From the NCBI GenBank assembly GCA_045159875.1, contig CP067995.1:2496001-2560000 (forward strand): 64,000 nt of DNA. The letters are read 5' to 3'. Shown here one piece after another: positions 37,699 to 49,450 of the stretch (positions are counted from its first letter, which is position 1; each line of letters opens with the position of its first letter). Made by a program: the position numbers and the translations under genes. The notes beneath the pieces were generated by a model. It saw only the letters and a program-made list of their open reading frames with translations. It was not told the origin of the DNA and searched no databases. Source of the stretch: a cyanobacterium endosymbiont of Rhopalodia gibba (GTDB lineage: Bacteria; Cyanobacteriota; Cyanobacteriia; Cyanobacteriales; Microcystaceae).

Positions 37699-38859
37699 TC
37701 AACTCTCTTCTACTTGATCGGCAAAACACTTGCTGAAGGTGTCAGAGTTAACGATAAGTTTTTTTACTCTGAATCCAGACAACTGCAACTAACGATTTTC
37801 TAGACATTTTCCTTCTCATCAAGAGTTACCACAATACGATTGTTAGCTAACTGACTCTTATCAAGGTTAAACATGATTGATGACTCTGTAGGAGTTTTTT
37901 AGAAACAAGCTAAGTCGCAGTCCAAGTTAGGGGTTAGACTCTAAGTGGCTTTGTGTAACGAGAAATGGCTATCAACTAACATAAGGGCTTTTGTAGAAAA
38001 TCCAGTAGTGACACAATTTTAACAACAAAGATTACCATAGAGAGGCTGTAAAACTCCCAGCACTAACCCTGTTTTGTGGCTAAAGGGCAACCAGGTAATG
38101 GTATGGAGTTGGGCTTTAATGCCAGACTACTTATAGTCAATGGCAAAATTATGCATGATATTGTTGTGCTTTATCGTCACCCCTTTAGGTTTTTTTGTCG
38201 ATACTGTAAGTGCACTAAAAAAAGCTGGGCTATTACCATTTATAGTGAGTTTTTACCGGTAAGTTGCCAATTATGAACGATAAGTGTGATTTATTTTTAG
38301 TCCGTTTATGGTCGCAATTATAAAAGTATGGGCAAAGTATATCCTTTAAGAGCTCTAACAGAGATGTGGTGGTCAGAACTAGTTTTGTTTGAGTGTCAGA
38401 GGCGATTACTTCCAGTCTTGATAGAAACTGATCTAGACGCAGTGGACAGACCGGTATAATGACTGCCCCGCAAATAGATAGCCATAAATTCTAGTCCAGA
38501 AGAATATAGTAGCAATACCATTTTACCTTGAACATTTAAATACTGAAGTTAAGCTATTATTGTCTGCTTTTAATTCCCCTAATACTTAATAACTAAGACT
38601 GTCAGGTTAACATAGGGTTATATCCCATAACAAGTCTATTAAAGTAGAAAAAACTAGGATTTACTGAAATTAAATATTCTTTTATATCTATATTTGAGGA
38701 ATTAGAGTGAAGTTGATTCTGCTTTAATTGATATTAAGTTAAAAATAGAGAAGATGCTATAACTAACAATTCTCCTATTTTAAGGACTTATTTACTTTGA
38801 GTTCTCGATAAATTTGAGACAACCCTAACAGTATAATTTCATGATACTTACGTTCTGTC

Positions 38860-39391
38860 TTAAATTCTTTGAGTTTCGTATAATCTCCTAATCGACATAG
38901 ACTCCCTTTCCCGGAGCTGTCTTCCTCACTATCTAACTCAGAACGATTTTAGTTAGAAAAAAAATCAGTCATTAATCATTTTAGTGTTAAACAATTAAGT
39001 GAATTGGACTATTTTTATTCTTTTTTTATTAAGCAAACCAAAGTCCTTGTTTAGCGAGTTGGTTGATAATTACGCATGTAAGCATAACTAGAAGTTACCC
39101 GCTCCAGAAACCCTTCTACATTTCAGCGGTATTGCTTTTTCCTTGAAATTTTCTAACGATTTCGGTCCCTTCCTTCCAGTCAATTACCGTCTCAATTGAT
39201 TGGTTGTTTTTGCAAATTCATCGACGGTTTGAGTATAATCCTGCACAGTTTTCTCATTAATATAGAACTCGTCCTAATTAAGTTTTGATTGTTACACTCA
39301 TCTTTTGACAAGAGACTCCAACAACGTTTGTAATATCCTCTTGAACGAGACCGTCGGGACAGATAATAAATTCTAGGATTTCCATCAACAT
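38860..39391 (-). pseudogene. Collapsed DUF2997 - DUF1257 (Ycf35) - ferredoxin-like operon remnant
   Basis: MEILEFIICPDGLVQE...VVGVSCQ; IDWKEG...VEGFLERVT..YAY; KGVYVD*; stops and large deletions. Confidence 0.65.
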
Positions 39392-39639
39392 GGCTTATAC
39401 TCAGCTAATTGTAGGGAGAGGAAATCAGTTGTTACTCGAAAAATACCAGTTTTGCTGACAAGGTCTATTTCAATAATCTAAATAAACTACAAAATATTAA
39501 GTTATTTCTTAGCAATAATTAATAATTAAAATAAGAGTTACCCTTTTCGTAGGTAAAACCTCCTTGACTTTTTCTAAGAGTCAAAAGATTTTATTAAACT
39601 AAAATGAAAACATACAAAATCTTTTTAATTGAAAGAGTA

Positions 39640-40761
39640 TTAATTTTTAAGGGAACGAGGATCTAGAGCATCACGTAGTCCATCACCAAGTAGGTTAAAG
39701 GATAAAACGGTAAGAACGATAAAAAGGGCAGGTGGCCAAATCAACCAAGGTTGTAGCATTAGAATCGAGGCATTAGTAGCTACTGAAAGTAAATTCCCCC
39801 AACTGGGATCGGGTTGTTGAATTCCTAAACCAATGAGACTCAATACAGACTCAGCCACAATGAATCCAGGGACAGCGAGAGTGGCCGATATGATGATATA
39901 GGTAGCGGTTTGAGGTAACACATGACGAATAATAATTCGCCCAGGAGTTGCTCCCATCGCCTTTGCTGCCTGGATAAACTCCTGTTCTTTGAGAGAGAGA
40001 ACTTGACCTCTAATCACCCTTGCTAGTCCAGACCAACTAATAAGAGAAGTAATGAGAATAATGAGTAAAAATCGTTGTGCACTGCTTAAACTGGGAGGAA
40101 GAACTGCCGCTAAGGCAACTAACAGGTAAATTCCTGGAATAGTCATCAATACTTCTACCAGACGCATTAATACCATATCTAACCAACCCCCAAAGTAGCC
40201 AGAAATCCCTCCGACAAGTATACCGAGGGGAAAAGAAACTACAATTCCTACCAGGCCAATAAATAGACTAATTCTTCCGCCAAATAGCAATCGACTAAAT
40301 TCATCTCGTCCCTGTTCATCAGTTCCGAGGAGATTAAATTTAGCCTTTCCCACCGCCCCAAATAAATGGCGATCAACAAGTACCCCAGGAAACAGTTCCA
40401 CTTCTTCAAAAGCGGGGGGTAGAGGGAGGCGAAGTTGAAACAGTTGATAACGGTCACCTTTAATAAACAAACGAATAGGTGTAGGATTTTCAAAATCGAT
40501 ATTTAAAGTTCGTTCTCCTGTTTCCACATCTGTTGGACTTTGAGTTGTGGGGTAGATATGAGGTCCAATAAACTTCCCATCTGGGGTTGTCCAGTAGATG
40601 GGGGTCGGGGGTAATAAAGACCCGTCAACTTGAGAAAGATAGGGATTGTAGGGAGCAATAAAATCCGCTAATATTACTAATATATAGAAAAATATTAATA
40701 TAGCTGCTCCAAAACGAGCTAGATAGTTATTTTTAAGTTTTTGAAACCAGTTCATAAGCAC
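39640..40761 (-). CDS. Peptide/nickel ABC transporter permease (OppC/DppC family)
   Basis: LLGTDEQGRD.FSRLL.GGRISL, EFIQAAKAMGA EAA loop, PSWG, FNLLGDGLRDALDP. Confidence 0.95.
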   Translation of the reverse strand: MLMNWFQKLKNNYLARFGAAILIFFYILVILADFIAPYNPYLSQVDGSLLPPTPIYWTTPDGKFIGPHIYPTTQSPTDVETGERTLNIDFENPTPIRLFIKGDRYQLFQLRLPLPPAFEEVELFPGVLVDRHLFGAVGKAKFNLLGTDEQGRDEFSRLLFGGRISLFIGLVGIVVSFPLGILVGGISGYFGGWLDMVLMRLVEVLMTIPGIYLLVALAAVLPPSLSSAQRFLLIILITSLISWSGLARVIRGQVLSLKEQEFIQAAKAMGATPGRIIIRHVLPQTATYIIISATLAVPGFIVAESVLSLIGLGIQQPDPSWGNLLSVATNASILMLQPWLIWPPALFIVLTVLSFNLLGDGLRDALDPRSLKN

Positions 40762-40884
40762 TATAGCTAATCATTTATATGTTGATTGTATAGTGGCTGA
40801 CTCGATCTTTGATCACCGATAGTAAGGTTTGGAGATAGGAAGATGAGAAAAATCTTTTACTTTTCAATTTCTGGAAACTCTGCA

Positions 40885-41000
40885 AATTGACACTCTCACT
40901 ACCATGCTACGTCTTGGGATTCTTAATTCGACAAAAATACCCATCCTTACAGGTCTGAACCAATCAAGATAAGGGACTTTAAATAAACACTGAAAAAGAA
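40885..41000 (-). mobile_element. Degenerate IS200/IS605 (tnpB 3' end / right end) relic
   Basis: Minus strand ...agacctgtaagg...aagaatccc...gagagtgtcaa resembles the GAATCCC...GAGTGTCAA right end. Confidence 0.45.
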
Positions 41001-41538
41001 AATTATTTTGTATCTTTACATTAAAGTCCTCATAGTTAAACCTATATTACTTTTAAGAGAATAATCGACAACACTATAACCGAATATAATTTATTTGAAA
41101 ACACTCTGCTAGTCATTGAGTTGATTGGTCTTATTCTTAATCTCTATTAAAAATATCTATGGAGTATGGCTTTATTCTTTTGTGTAACCAATATTTTTTA
41201 GTTTTTTTACTTTAATTCATCCGAATAAAAACTACTTTTAGATTTTAATTAAATTGAAAAACTGCCGCACCGTTTTACCTCAGTTTATGACCTGGACGGA
41301 CCAGGTGGGTGCTGACGCTTTCCATTTCTGTTTCCGAGTACAAGCCCGGTTTACTACCACAAAAAGCTGTCTGCTCCCTAAACTTACAAAGCATAGATCA
41401 AAAAACTTTATTGGCAGTCACCAACGCGGCAGTTACAACCTATCCTAGCATAATTGAAAGAGTTAAGGTTCTCTAGTTATTGCTATTAAGATGAATGCTG
41501 CTAGAATTATCCAGACATCTCTCAATCAGCAATCGCGG

Positions 41539-42780
41539 ATGAAGATTATTATGGTCTGGGCTCATCTACTTTTTCCTACCGTCCCATTCAGGGGAAAACT
41601 CAGATGAGAAAGTTTTCCTTGCTTAAATATCTCAATAAACGTCACGCTCTTACCCTTGTGACGCAATTCCCCAAGCAGATAATAGAAGAGGATATAATAA
41701 ATAGTTTAAGACAACAAATTAAAACTTATATTATTTTTCCCTCTGTTAGCCGCAAAGCTAATTGGTCAGGCTTTCTTGATAAAGCTAAACAATTAGGGGT
41801 CTTTTTCTAACAGGAAACTCCTCCAAGATTTTTATCGCATTATTCTCTCAAGATTCAAGAATGCTTAGACCAAGCTATAGATTCAGGAGAGTTTGCTCTC
41901 CTACCCGATGAAGGAAGTAGCAATGAAATTTATGTGCGTCCTTAGTGGCGGGAAAAATTGCCGACGCTGATCAATATCGTTTAGTATGGGGGATGTGTAA
42001 ACATTAAACAGAAACTCAGGCAACAGAATCTAGACTGCGTAATCAAATTAGTTTACCTTTATTACGTCGCTATGAAAAGCAGTATTGTGGTAAATTTTTG
42101 TCAGTTGTAATAACGTCGAAAACTGAGCAAAAATTACTAAAAGATTTAAAGCTAGAAACTCCTGTTACCCTCATTGCTAACGGCTTAGATTTAAGCAGGT
42201 TTCCCAACCGAACAGTCAATCCGGGAGCCAGCGTGTTATTTTTATTTGGGTGATGGACAAGCCTGGAAATATTATTGATGCAGCGCATTTCTTCAGTTTA
42301 GAAGTTTTCCCAAAACTGCGTAAACGTTATTCAGAAGGCACATTAGAATTGGTGGGAACTTGTCCTACCCTAGAAGTTAATGAACTCGGAAAAATTCCAG
42401 GGATTACATACAGTAATAGGTCAAGTGCCTTCAGTGATTGAATATCTTCATTGGGCAACAGTTTGTGTTATCCCTATTCGTAACAGTACGGGGACAAAAA
42501 TTAGAAGTATTCAGACTTTAGGGACACGACAGGTACTCCTCTAGTAGCGAGTGATTACGGTTTAGAAGGATTTACCCATTGACGGTACTGGGGTTCCTTT
42601 AAGTGCCATGAGGTCCAATGGGGTAGATGAGTATGTCTATGCTATTGGTCGTCTGTTTGAACAACCCAAGTTGAGAGAAAAACTGTCTATCAATAGTCGA
42701 GCTTTGGTCGAGCTTTGATCGAAAAAGAGTACACTTGGGAACGAACAGGCGAACATTATGAACAATTCCTAATCCATTTA
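41539..42780 (+). pseudogene. GT4-family glycosyltransferase, disrupted
   Basis: Fragments TQMRKFSLLKYLNKRH, IANGLDLSRFP, MDKPGNIIDAAHFFSLEVFP, ATVCVIPIR and PLVASDYGLEG spread over several frames. Confidence 0.85.
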
Positions 42781-42794
42781 ACATCATAAACAAT

Positions 42795-43075
42795 TATAGT
42801 CACCCAATAAAAATTCCTGTTATCTATGCCTATCCTCGTTCAGGAGAAATATTAGTTAACCGATGTTTAGGAAGTATTCCAGACAATCTTATCCTATCGG
42901 AAGTCAATACTTTGTCCGCTGTCAGTCCTATTGTTTATCAAGCACAGCACTGGCTTAATCTTTTCACTGAATATCAGTATGTTAATTATTTAACAGCTTT
43001 AGATAATGTAGAAAAGATGTTTAAAGATTCAGCTGAAAAATTATCAATAAAAACTCAGGATTTAAAACAGTTATA
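42795..43075 (+). pseudogene. Sulfotransferase-like N-terminal fragment
   Basis: IPVIYAYPRSGEILVNRCLGSIPDNLILSEVN resembles a PAPS-binding PRSG loop; truncated. Confidence 0.5.
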
Positions 43076-43696
43076 AATTTATTTTAATTGTTTAATTAAA
43101 GAAAAATTAAGTCGTATTCTATTTGTTTTAAAAAAAACATGAAAAATTATATAAAAAATAACTCTTTGGATCTAAATTAAAAATACAAAAATATTAAAGT
43201 ATTTATTAAAGTTTAAAATACTGATTTTTAATATAATTAAATGTATTTGTCAATAACAATGAGCTCTCAAAAAAAGAAGAAGAATCTAGGCAAAATTAAA
43301 TATACAAATTATTCTGAATGATCTAAAAAATAAACCAGTTAGGAGAATAATTTAGAACAGTTATTCGGAACAACCTGACTTTTTCAGGACTATTGAAGTT
43401 AGCTAATTTATGTAAAAAATATTTATTTTTTCCGATATTTAGTAACTAAACTAAAAAAATATTGTTTATTTTAACGCAAAGTTTTTTGACTTAGTATTTC
43501 ACTAGTTAACTCAACATTATCGGTGCAGTAAAACGGTAAAAAGCGCAAAAAGTAAACGTTAAAGCAAACAATATTTACGAATATCAAATACCTTAATCTG
43601 TAGTCTTAGGTATAAAAATATTGAACTCGTGGGAAAACCACCATCTACATACTATACTATTGTTTTGCTTCAAAACGGCAGGAGTTTAGAGTCTCT

Positions 43697-45169
43697 ATGA
43701 GTACAATCGATTGGGTCATTATTCTAGTTTATGCAATGGTTGTACTCGGAATTGGAATTGCGGCAAGCCGAAAACCAAATAACACCGATGAATATTTTCG
43801 AGGATCACGGCAACTCCCTTGGTGGGCAATTGGACTGTCAATTGTTGCTACATCTTTTTCAGCAGCTTCACTTCTTGGAGGTCCTGGAGAAGGATATAAT
43901 CATGGTTTTTTATATCTTCAACTTCAGTTAGGTGATTTGATTGGTTACGGCCTAGTTATCTTCCTATTTCTACCATTTTTTGTTCGACTTAATTTAACCA
44001 CTGCCTATGAATACCTTGAGAAACGTTTCGATGCAAAAACACGCTCTCTAGGTTCGTTGTGTTTTCTTCTATTTGTCATCGCTCGGTTAGGGGGGCTTTT
44101 ATATGCTGCATCCCTAGTGGTTTCAAGAGTTACGGGGTTTTCACTGTATGTTTCGATATTACTCGTCGGCATTGTATCGGTGGTCTACACTATAGCCGGA
44201 GGAATGACGGCAGTCGTTTGGACTGACGTGCTTCAGTTTTTCATGATTTTTGTAGGTTTAGTCGCCGGAATTTGGACAATTGTATCAAGTGTATCTGGTG
44301 GATTTTGGCAACTTTGGCGTGTCGCAGAAGAAGGAGGAAAACTCGCTGTAGTCAATCTATCCTGGGAATTAAAATCAATCCGTTCTTTACCAACAGCTTT
44401 ATGCGCTTATGGAGTATTGGCTTTTGCTGTGGCAGGAACAAATCAACAATCTGTTCAACGTTATGTTTCGTGCGCTGATCTTACCTCGGCACGTAAGGCA
44501 ATTTTGTTTGGATGGGTTTCCGGTTTTGTCGGCGTAGCTGCCACTCTTTTGCTTGGAGTTTTGTTGTTTGCGTTTTATTCCCTAAATGCCGGACTACCTG
44601 ATCATATTAAGCCCGATGAAATTCTATCCTATTTTATTGTTCATCAAGTTCCACCAGGTGCTTCAGGATTTTTAGTCGCAGCCGTCTTTGCGGCGGCCAT
44701 GTCATCAATTGATTCTGCACTTCATTCTCTGGCTACCTGCATGACGGTTGACTTTTATCAGCGTTACTCCAGGTCAAAACCCAGTGAGTCTCAATCCTTG
44801 AAGGTAGCTCAGGGTTTGATCTTAATTTTGGGTATTCTTGGTATTCTTTTGGCGTTTTATGTCGCTTCAACAGGAGAATCTTTACTTCCGTTTCTAATAA
44901 AATATACTGCTATGTTTTTGGGTCCATTACTGGGAATTTTTTTCATGGGAGTTCTTTTTTCTCGTGTTAATGCAACAGGAGCATTTTACGGAACGATTGC
45001 TTCAGTTGCTCTTCTTGCGACTAGTTCAACCTTGAAATGGTTTAGCTTTCCAGGAATTTGGCAATCTGCAATTGCGGCTCCCCTTGCGGTTACATTAGGT
45101 TTGGTAATTTCTTTATTAGGTCAACGGCCGGCAAACAATTCGCTTAAAGGGCTTACCCTTTGGACTTAA
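43697..45169 (+). CDS. Sodium:solute symporter (SSS/SLC5 family)
   Basis: WWAIGLSIVAT, TAYEYLEKRF, GGMTAVVWTDVLQ, QQSVQRY, FAAAMSSIDS; GGAG RBS. Confidence 0.95.
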   Translation: MSTIDWVIILVYAMVVLGIGIAASRKPNNTDEYFRGSRQLPWWAIGLSIVATSFSAASLLGGPGEGYNHGFLYLQLQLGDLIGYGLVIFLFLPFFVRLNLTTAYEYLEKRFDAKTRSLGSLCFLLFVIARLGGLLYAASLVVSRVTGFSLYVSILLVGIVSVVYTIAGGMTAVVWTDVLQFFMIFVGLVAGIWTIVSSVSGGFWQLWRVAEEGGKLAVVNLSWELKSIRSLPTALCAYGVLAFAVAGTNQQSVQRYVSCADLTSARKAILFGWVSGFVGVAATLLLGVLLFAFYSLNAGLPDHIKPDEILSYFIVHQVPPGASGFLVAAVFAAAMSSIDSALHSLATCMTVDFYQRYSRSKPSESQSLKVAQGLILILGILGILLAFYVASTGESLLPFLIKYTAMFLGPLLGIFFMGVLFSRVNATGAFYGTIASVALLATSSTLKWFSFPGIWQSAIAAPLAVTLGLVISLLGQRPANNSLKGLTLWT

Positions 45170-45180
45170 TAAATAATTAC

Positions 45181-45205
45181 CCCGCTAATTTAACAAATTG
45201 GCGGG
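45181..45205. terminator. Hairpin between convergent SSS and ftsH genes (probable terminator)
   Basis: cccgctaattt-aac-aaattggcggg. Confidence 0.65.
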
Positions 45206-45244
45206 ATAAGAAGATGAAATTGCTAAGAGGTTAAACCATAGATT

Positions 45245-47095
45245 TTAAGCCAACGCAGCCATTTTTATCTCATTGCTGCTTAAAATACTCTGTAGTTCTT
45301 CGGCATCGACGGTTTCTTTCTCTACTAACATCTCAGCCAATTTGTCAAGAATATGACGGTTATTTACTAGGACATCCTTAGCTCGTATATAAGCATTGTC
45401 AACTAACTGACGAACTTCTTCATCGATCGCGGCAGCCGTTTTATCAGAAAAGTCTCGATCAGAAGCAATGTCACGACCCAAAAAAACATTACCATTCTGC
45501 CGACCCAAAGCCACAGGTCCAAGACGATCACTCATTCCAAAACGAGACACCATTTGACGGGCAACCCGCGCTACCTGTTGAAGGTCATTAGAAGCACCAG
45601 TAGTCACTTCTTCTTCTCCAAAGATAATCTCTTCTGCCACACGACCTCCTAAAGCTACGGCCATCTGATTTTGGAGATATGAACGGGAATACAAGCCTGA
45701 CTCCATACGATCTTCACTAGGAGTGAACCAGGTCAATCCGCCAGCGCGACCACGGGGAATAATGCTAATTTTCTGCACGGGATCATAGTCAGGCATTAAC
45801 GCCCCCACCAAAGCATGACCGGCTTCATGGTAGGCCACAAGGGTTTTACGTTTTTCACTCATAACACGGTTTTTCTTCTCAGGACCAGCTAATACACGAT
45901 CAATAGCATCATTAACTTCATCCATAGAAATTTCCGTTAAATTCCGACGGGCAGCCAGAATAGCAGCTTCATTTAAAAGGTTAGACAGGTCAGCTCCTGT
46001 AAACCCAGGACTACGACGGGCAATTTTATCGAGATCAACGTCTTTAGATAAGGTCTTACCACGGGCGTGTACCTTGAGAATGTCTTTACGACCTGCATAG
46101 TCAGGACGATCAACCACGACCTGACGGTCAAAACGACCCGGACGTAATAAAGCCGCATCGAGGACGTCGGGACGGTTCGTAGCAGCAACTATGATTATAC
46201 CTGTATTTCCTTCAAAACCATCCATTTCTGTGAGCAATTGGTTGAGAGTTTGTTCCCGTTCATCGTTACCACCGCCTAAACCGGCACCTCGTTGACGACC
46301 AACGGCATCAATTTCATCTATGAAGACGATACAAGGGGCGTTGGCTTTTGCTTGTTCAAAAAGATCTCGAACACGAGATGCCCCAACACCAACAAACATT
46401 TCTACAAATTCTGACCCAGAAATAGAAAAAAAAGGAACACCAGCTTCTCCAGCTACTGCCCTAGCTAAAAGAGTCTTACCGGTTCCAGGAGGTCCAACCA
46501 GAAGAACTCCTTTAGGAATTTTTGCCCCGATAGCAGTAAAGCGATCAGCATTTTTCAAGAAGTCCACGACTTCAGCTAATTCTAATTTAGCCTGTTCAAT
46601 ACCAGCTACATCTCCAAAGGTAACTTGGGTTTGAGGTTCCATTAATACCCGCGCTTTAGACTTACCAAAGTTCATTGCTTGAGAACCAGGTCCACTTTGG
46701 GCTCGACGGAGTAATAGGAAAAGTCCTACTAACAATAAAATAGGAAGGAATAGACTACTAGCTACCCGAAACCATAGTCCTTCATCACTTTGAGGCTGAA
46801 CGGCAATATCGACATTATTTCGGATCAAAATATTAATTAAGTCAGGATCGTTTGGAAGGTTAACCAATAAAGGTGCGCCACCATTCGAGTTAGGAACTCT
46901 TGCTTCAGTGCGATCAGCACTTAAAGTCACCCGTGTAATTTTATTATTTTCAACTTTCTTAATAAACTCACTATAGGTAAGAGGTTCCCGACTTTGAGGT
47001 TGTTGATCAAAAAATGCAGAAGCTAAGGCCAGTACCACAATTAACAATAGTGCGTATAGTCCAGCATTACGCCATTTTTTATTATTTTTCTTCAC
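45245..47095 (-). CDS. ftsH3: ATP-dependent zinc metalloprotease FtsH (FtsH3 type)
   Basis: [13 protein letters not shown]-terminus, [19 protein letters not shown]; 616 aa with GTG start. Confidence 0.95.
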   Translation of the reverse strand: MKKNNKKWRNAGLYALLLIVVLALASAFFDQQPQSREPLTYSEFIKKVENNKITRVTLSADRTEARVPNSNGGAPLLVNLPNDPDLINILIRNNVDIAVQPQSDEGLWFRVASSLFLPILLLVGLFLLLRRAQSGPGSQAMNFGKSKARVLMEPQTQVTFGDVAGIEQAKLELAEVVDFLKNADRFTAIGAKIPKGVLLVGPPGTGKTLLARAVAGEAGVPFFSISGSEFVEMFVGVGASRVRDLFEQAKANAPCIVFIDEIDAVGRQRGAGLGGGNDEREQTLNQLLTEMDGFEGNTGIIIVAATNRPDVLDAALLRPGRFDRQVVVDRPDYAGRKDILKVHARGKTLSKDVDLDKIARRSPGFTGADLSNLLNEAAILAARRNLTEISMDEVNDAIDRVLAGPEKKNRVMSEKRKTLVAYHEAGHALVGALMPDYDPVQKISIIPRGRAGGLTWFTPSEDRMESGLYSRSYLQNQMAVALGGRVAEEIIFGEEEVTTGASNDLQQVARVARQMVSRFGMSDRLGPVALGRQNGNVFLGRDIASDRDFSDKTAAAIDEEVRQLVDNAYIRAKDVLVNNRHILDKLAEMLVEKETVDAEELQSILSSNEIKMAALA

Positions 47096-48212
47096 GCTGT
47101 AAGCCTCCTAGATGAGGGTAAGGGAATCGTTGATTTTTGAATGTCCACCAAGGTATTATCTGAATAATACTGGTAGCAATGTTAGAAAACATTCCCGGAA
47201 GATAAACATTTGTTAATTTATGTTAATCCTTTTCTGGAAGAATTTCCCAATAGATCCTGTTTTGAGTCTAACCAAAAATCTAGTTTAAGTCGCCAATCAC
47301 TGCTGGTATCTACAGTTTTAACCTAGATTTTTTTCTCTCTGTGAACGAGCCTGTAGTCACCCTTTGTTTTTTTAACAGATTAGGCGTGGCATCTAAAAAT
47401 ATATCCCTGACGTTGCTAAAGGCTATTTCCCATCATATACAAGGCAGCTCGTAAAGTTGTCTCTCTTTGATGGCTTTTACCAGCCAATAGATGCGGTCAA
47501 TCTTTGTATCTAAAATCACGCAGAAGCTTTCAATGGAAAGCACTATACCTAAATTAAAGAAATGATTTTAAGTTTTTCCGTTCATTTGTGAACTATATAG
47601 CTGTTGTTTATTTGAAAAAAATAAGCTAAATATTTGCCAACTAACTATATTAGAACAAACATGAATAGCGTTAATTATTGGGACCAAATATTAGGCAATA
47701 AACTTGATTAACTTGATATTAAAATCATACAATATTAGTTTTCAATGGTTGTGATAACTTCTTATTTTTATCCAGAAAACATTAAAATGATAGAGTAATA
47801 TCGAAGTAAATATTTTTTTTAGCGTAAGCATAGTAAATTATATATAGATGTAAGACTTTTAACCTCATTTAGTCTTTAATTTATCCCAAATCAGTATTTA
47901 CTAAAAAAATAGTGAAATCTTTTCTTATCTTCACGTCTAAATTAATTTTTGTGAAAATTATATTGTACATAACATTAATAATCTTTTGTAAAATGTTAAT
48001 ATTTATTAATTTTTTCTATTTTACTTTGGTTTTTAATTCACGAGAATAAATCAGTAAAGCACTTAGTTTCTTGATATTTAGTTAAGGTTTTAAGAACACC
48101 AATTTAATACTTAGTCATCCCTCATATGAGGATTATCAATAAATTAGTTAACAGTAATAATTTTAACTATTTTATTTGAGTTGAAACTTCGTTACATTCC
48201 TTGTTTAAATAG

Positions 48213-48309
48213 ATACATATAAAAATTTTTTATAAAATTTTTTTATATGTATGATGTAAATTAAGGTAAAACAATTAATATTATTAAATATTTTACCTTA
48301 ATTTACATC
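48213..48309. repeat. Two adjacent AT-rich inverted repeats
   Basis: atacatataaaaa...tttttatatgtat and gatgtaaattaaggtaaaa...ttttaccttaatttacatc (19-bp arms). Confidence 0.9.
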
Positions 48310-49450
48310 TCTAAACCTATAAAATTAAGACAACAATAGTTCACATTTTCTCTAGATTTATAATCATAATTATATCTAAGATATTAAAGAGGTATTATTT
48401 AATATGATTCAAATATAAAGTCAAACTCAACAAGAATAGAATTCTGCTTTTTATCCTTCATTTTCTAGAGCAGATAGGTGCTCATAATTAGTGATTATTT
48501 TTAATAAATTAATTGATCGTAGTGTTTATTACTTAAGTTTTAATAAACTTAAGTAAAATATAGTAAAAGTAAAAAAAAAGATACATCAACTAACTTTATA
48601 TAATAACTACAATATTTATTTTAAACATCAATAGAAGATTTAAATCTCAAAAAACTTTAATTACCGTATTTTAAAACAACAAGTTTTGCCCAGTGATAGA
48701 GAACACTCTTCTTCTATTCTTAAGACTCATTCTACATTTTAACTCTTAATAAAACATATTAAAAATATCCTTATATCTATTTTTAATATGTTTTTATTAT
48801 TGAATGTCTATAAATAGAATAACTATATTTTTACTTTATATCCAGATATTTTTTTATCAAATCTTTGTTATGCTGTTTAATTAAACTTTCTTATTCTATC
48901 CTAGAGAAAGCAAATTTTAAACTTAATATTTAAATTATTTATAGTTTAAATATTAAAAACATAAAAACTGATTAATTATTTTTGATAATAACACAAAAAA
49001 GATTGTAAGCTTTTGACTGTATCAAAAATTTTACTTAAATAATCAAGTTATTATTAAGATAATTTATTATTTATTTTCTACTAAGAAAATAGTTTTTTTG
49101 TGTTAATATAAGCTTGTTAATTATAGATAAAATATAATTTTTATTGCTTTATTGAGATAGCCAATTTTTTATAATTTGGTGACAATAGTGATTAAGTGTT
49201 AAAGGTAAAAACTATAAGAAACTTTCTAAGTCAACTTCAACATTGAGGTAGATTCATAGAATCTTCTTTTCGCAAAATCTAACCCGCCCATTACGTCGCA
49301 ATAAGGACCAAAACTGGGTATAGTATTGGTGCGACTTGACTAATTAACCAAATGGTTAGATATCTTAAGTATTCTGTCTGCAAAATTGCTGATTAGACAA
49401 ATTACTCGAGATAATTTCCTTAATTTATTCTTGAAATTCTAAAAAATCCC

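Larger units (their letters stand above)
36100..38600 (-). pseudogene. Fatty acyl-AMP ligase - acyl carrier - thioesterase multidomain gene, disrupted
   Basis: Minus strand reads VLLLYSSGLEF...SRLEVIASDTQTKLVLTT and LLRTGDLIFL...IIGRLNDLIIIRAQNHY (FAAL), LNSLTVVKLS (ACP-like) and GGGKPPPFRIPGG...PFYGLQ (thioesterase). Confidence 0.75.

Noticed and set aside
41254..41490. GC-richer stretch before the GT4 pseudogene
   Set aside because: Probably a small pseudogene; no family recognised and no convincing RNA structure
31805..42441. Small ORFs 31805, 32015, 41604 and 42250 as independent genes
   Set aside because: They are fragments of the alcohol dehydrogenase and GT4 pseudogenes
47260..47530. 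Coding-like remnant upstream of ftsH3
   Set aside because: Composition suggests a former gene but no motif could be assigned with confidence
48213..48800. Palindrome cluster as a replication origin or MITE family
   Set aside because: No DnaA-box cluster or origin-linked genes seen, and the arms share no sequence with each other
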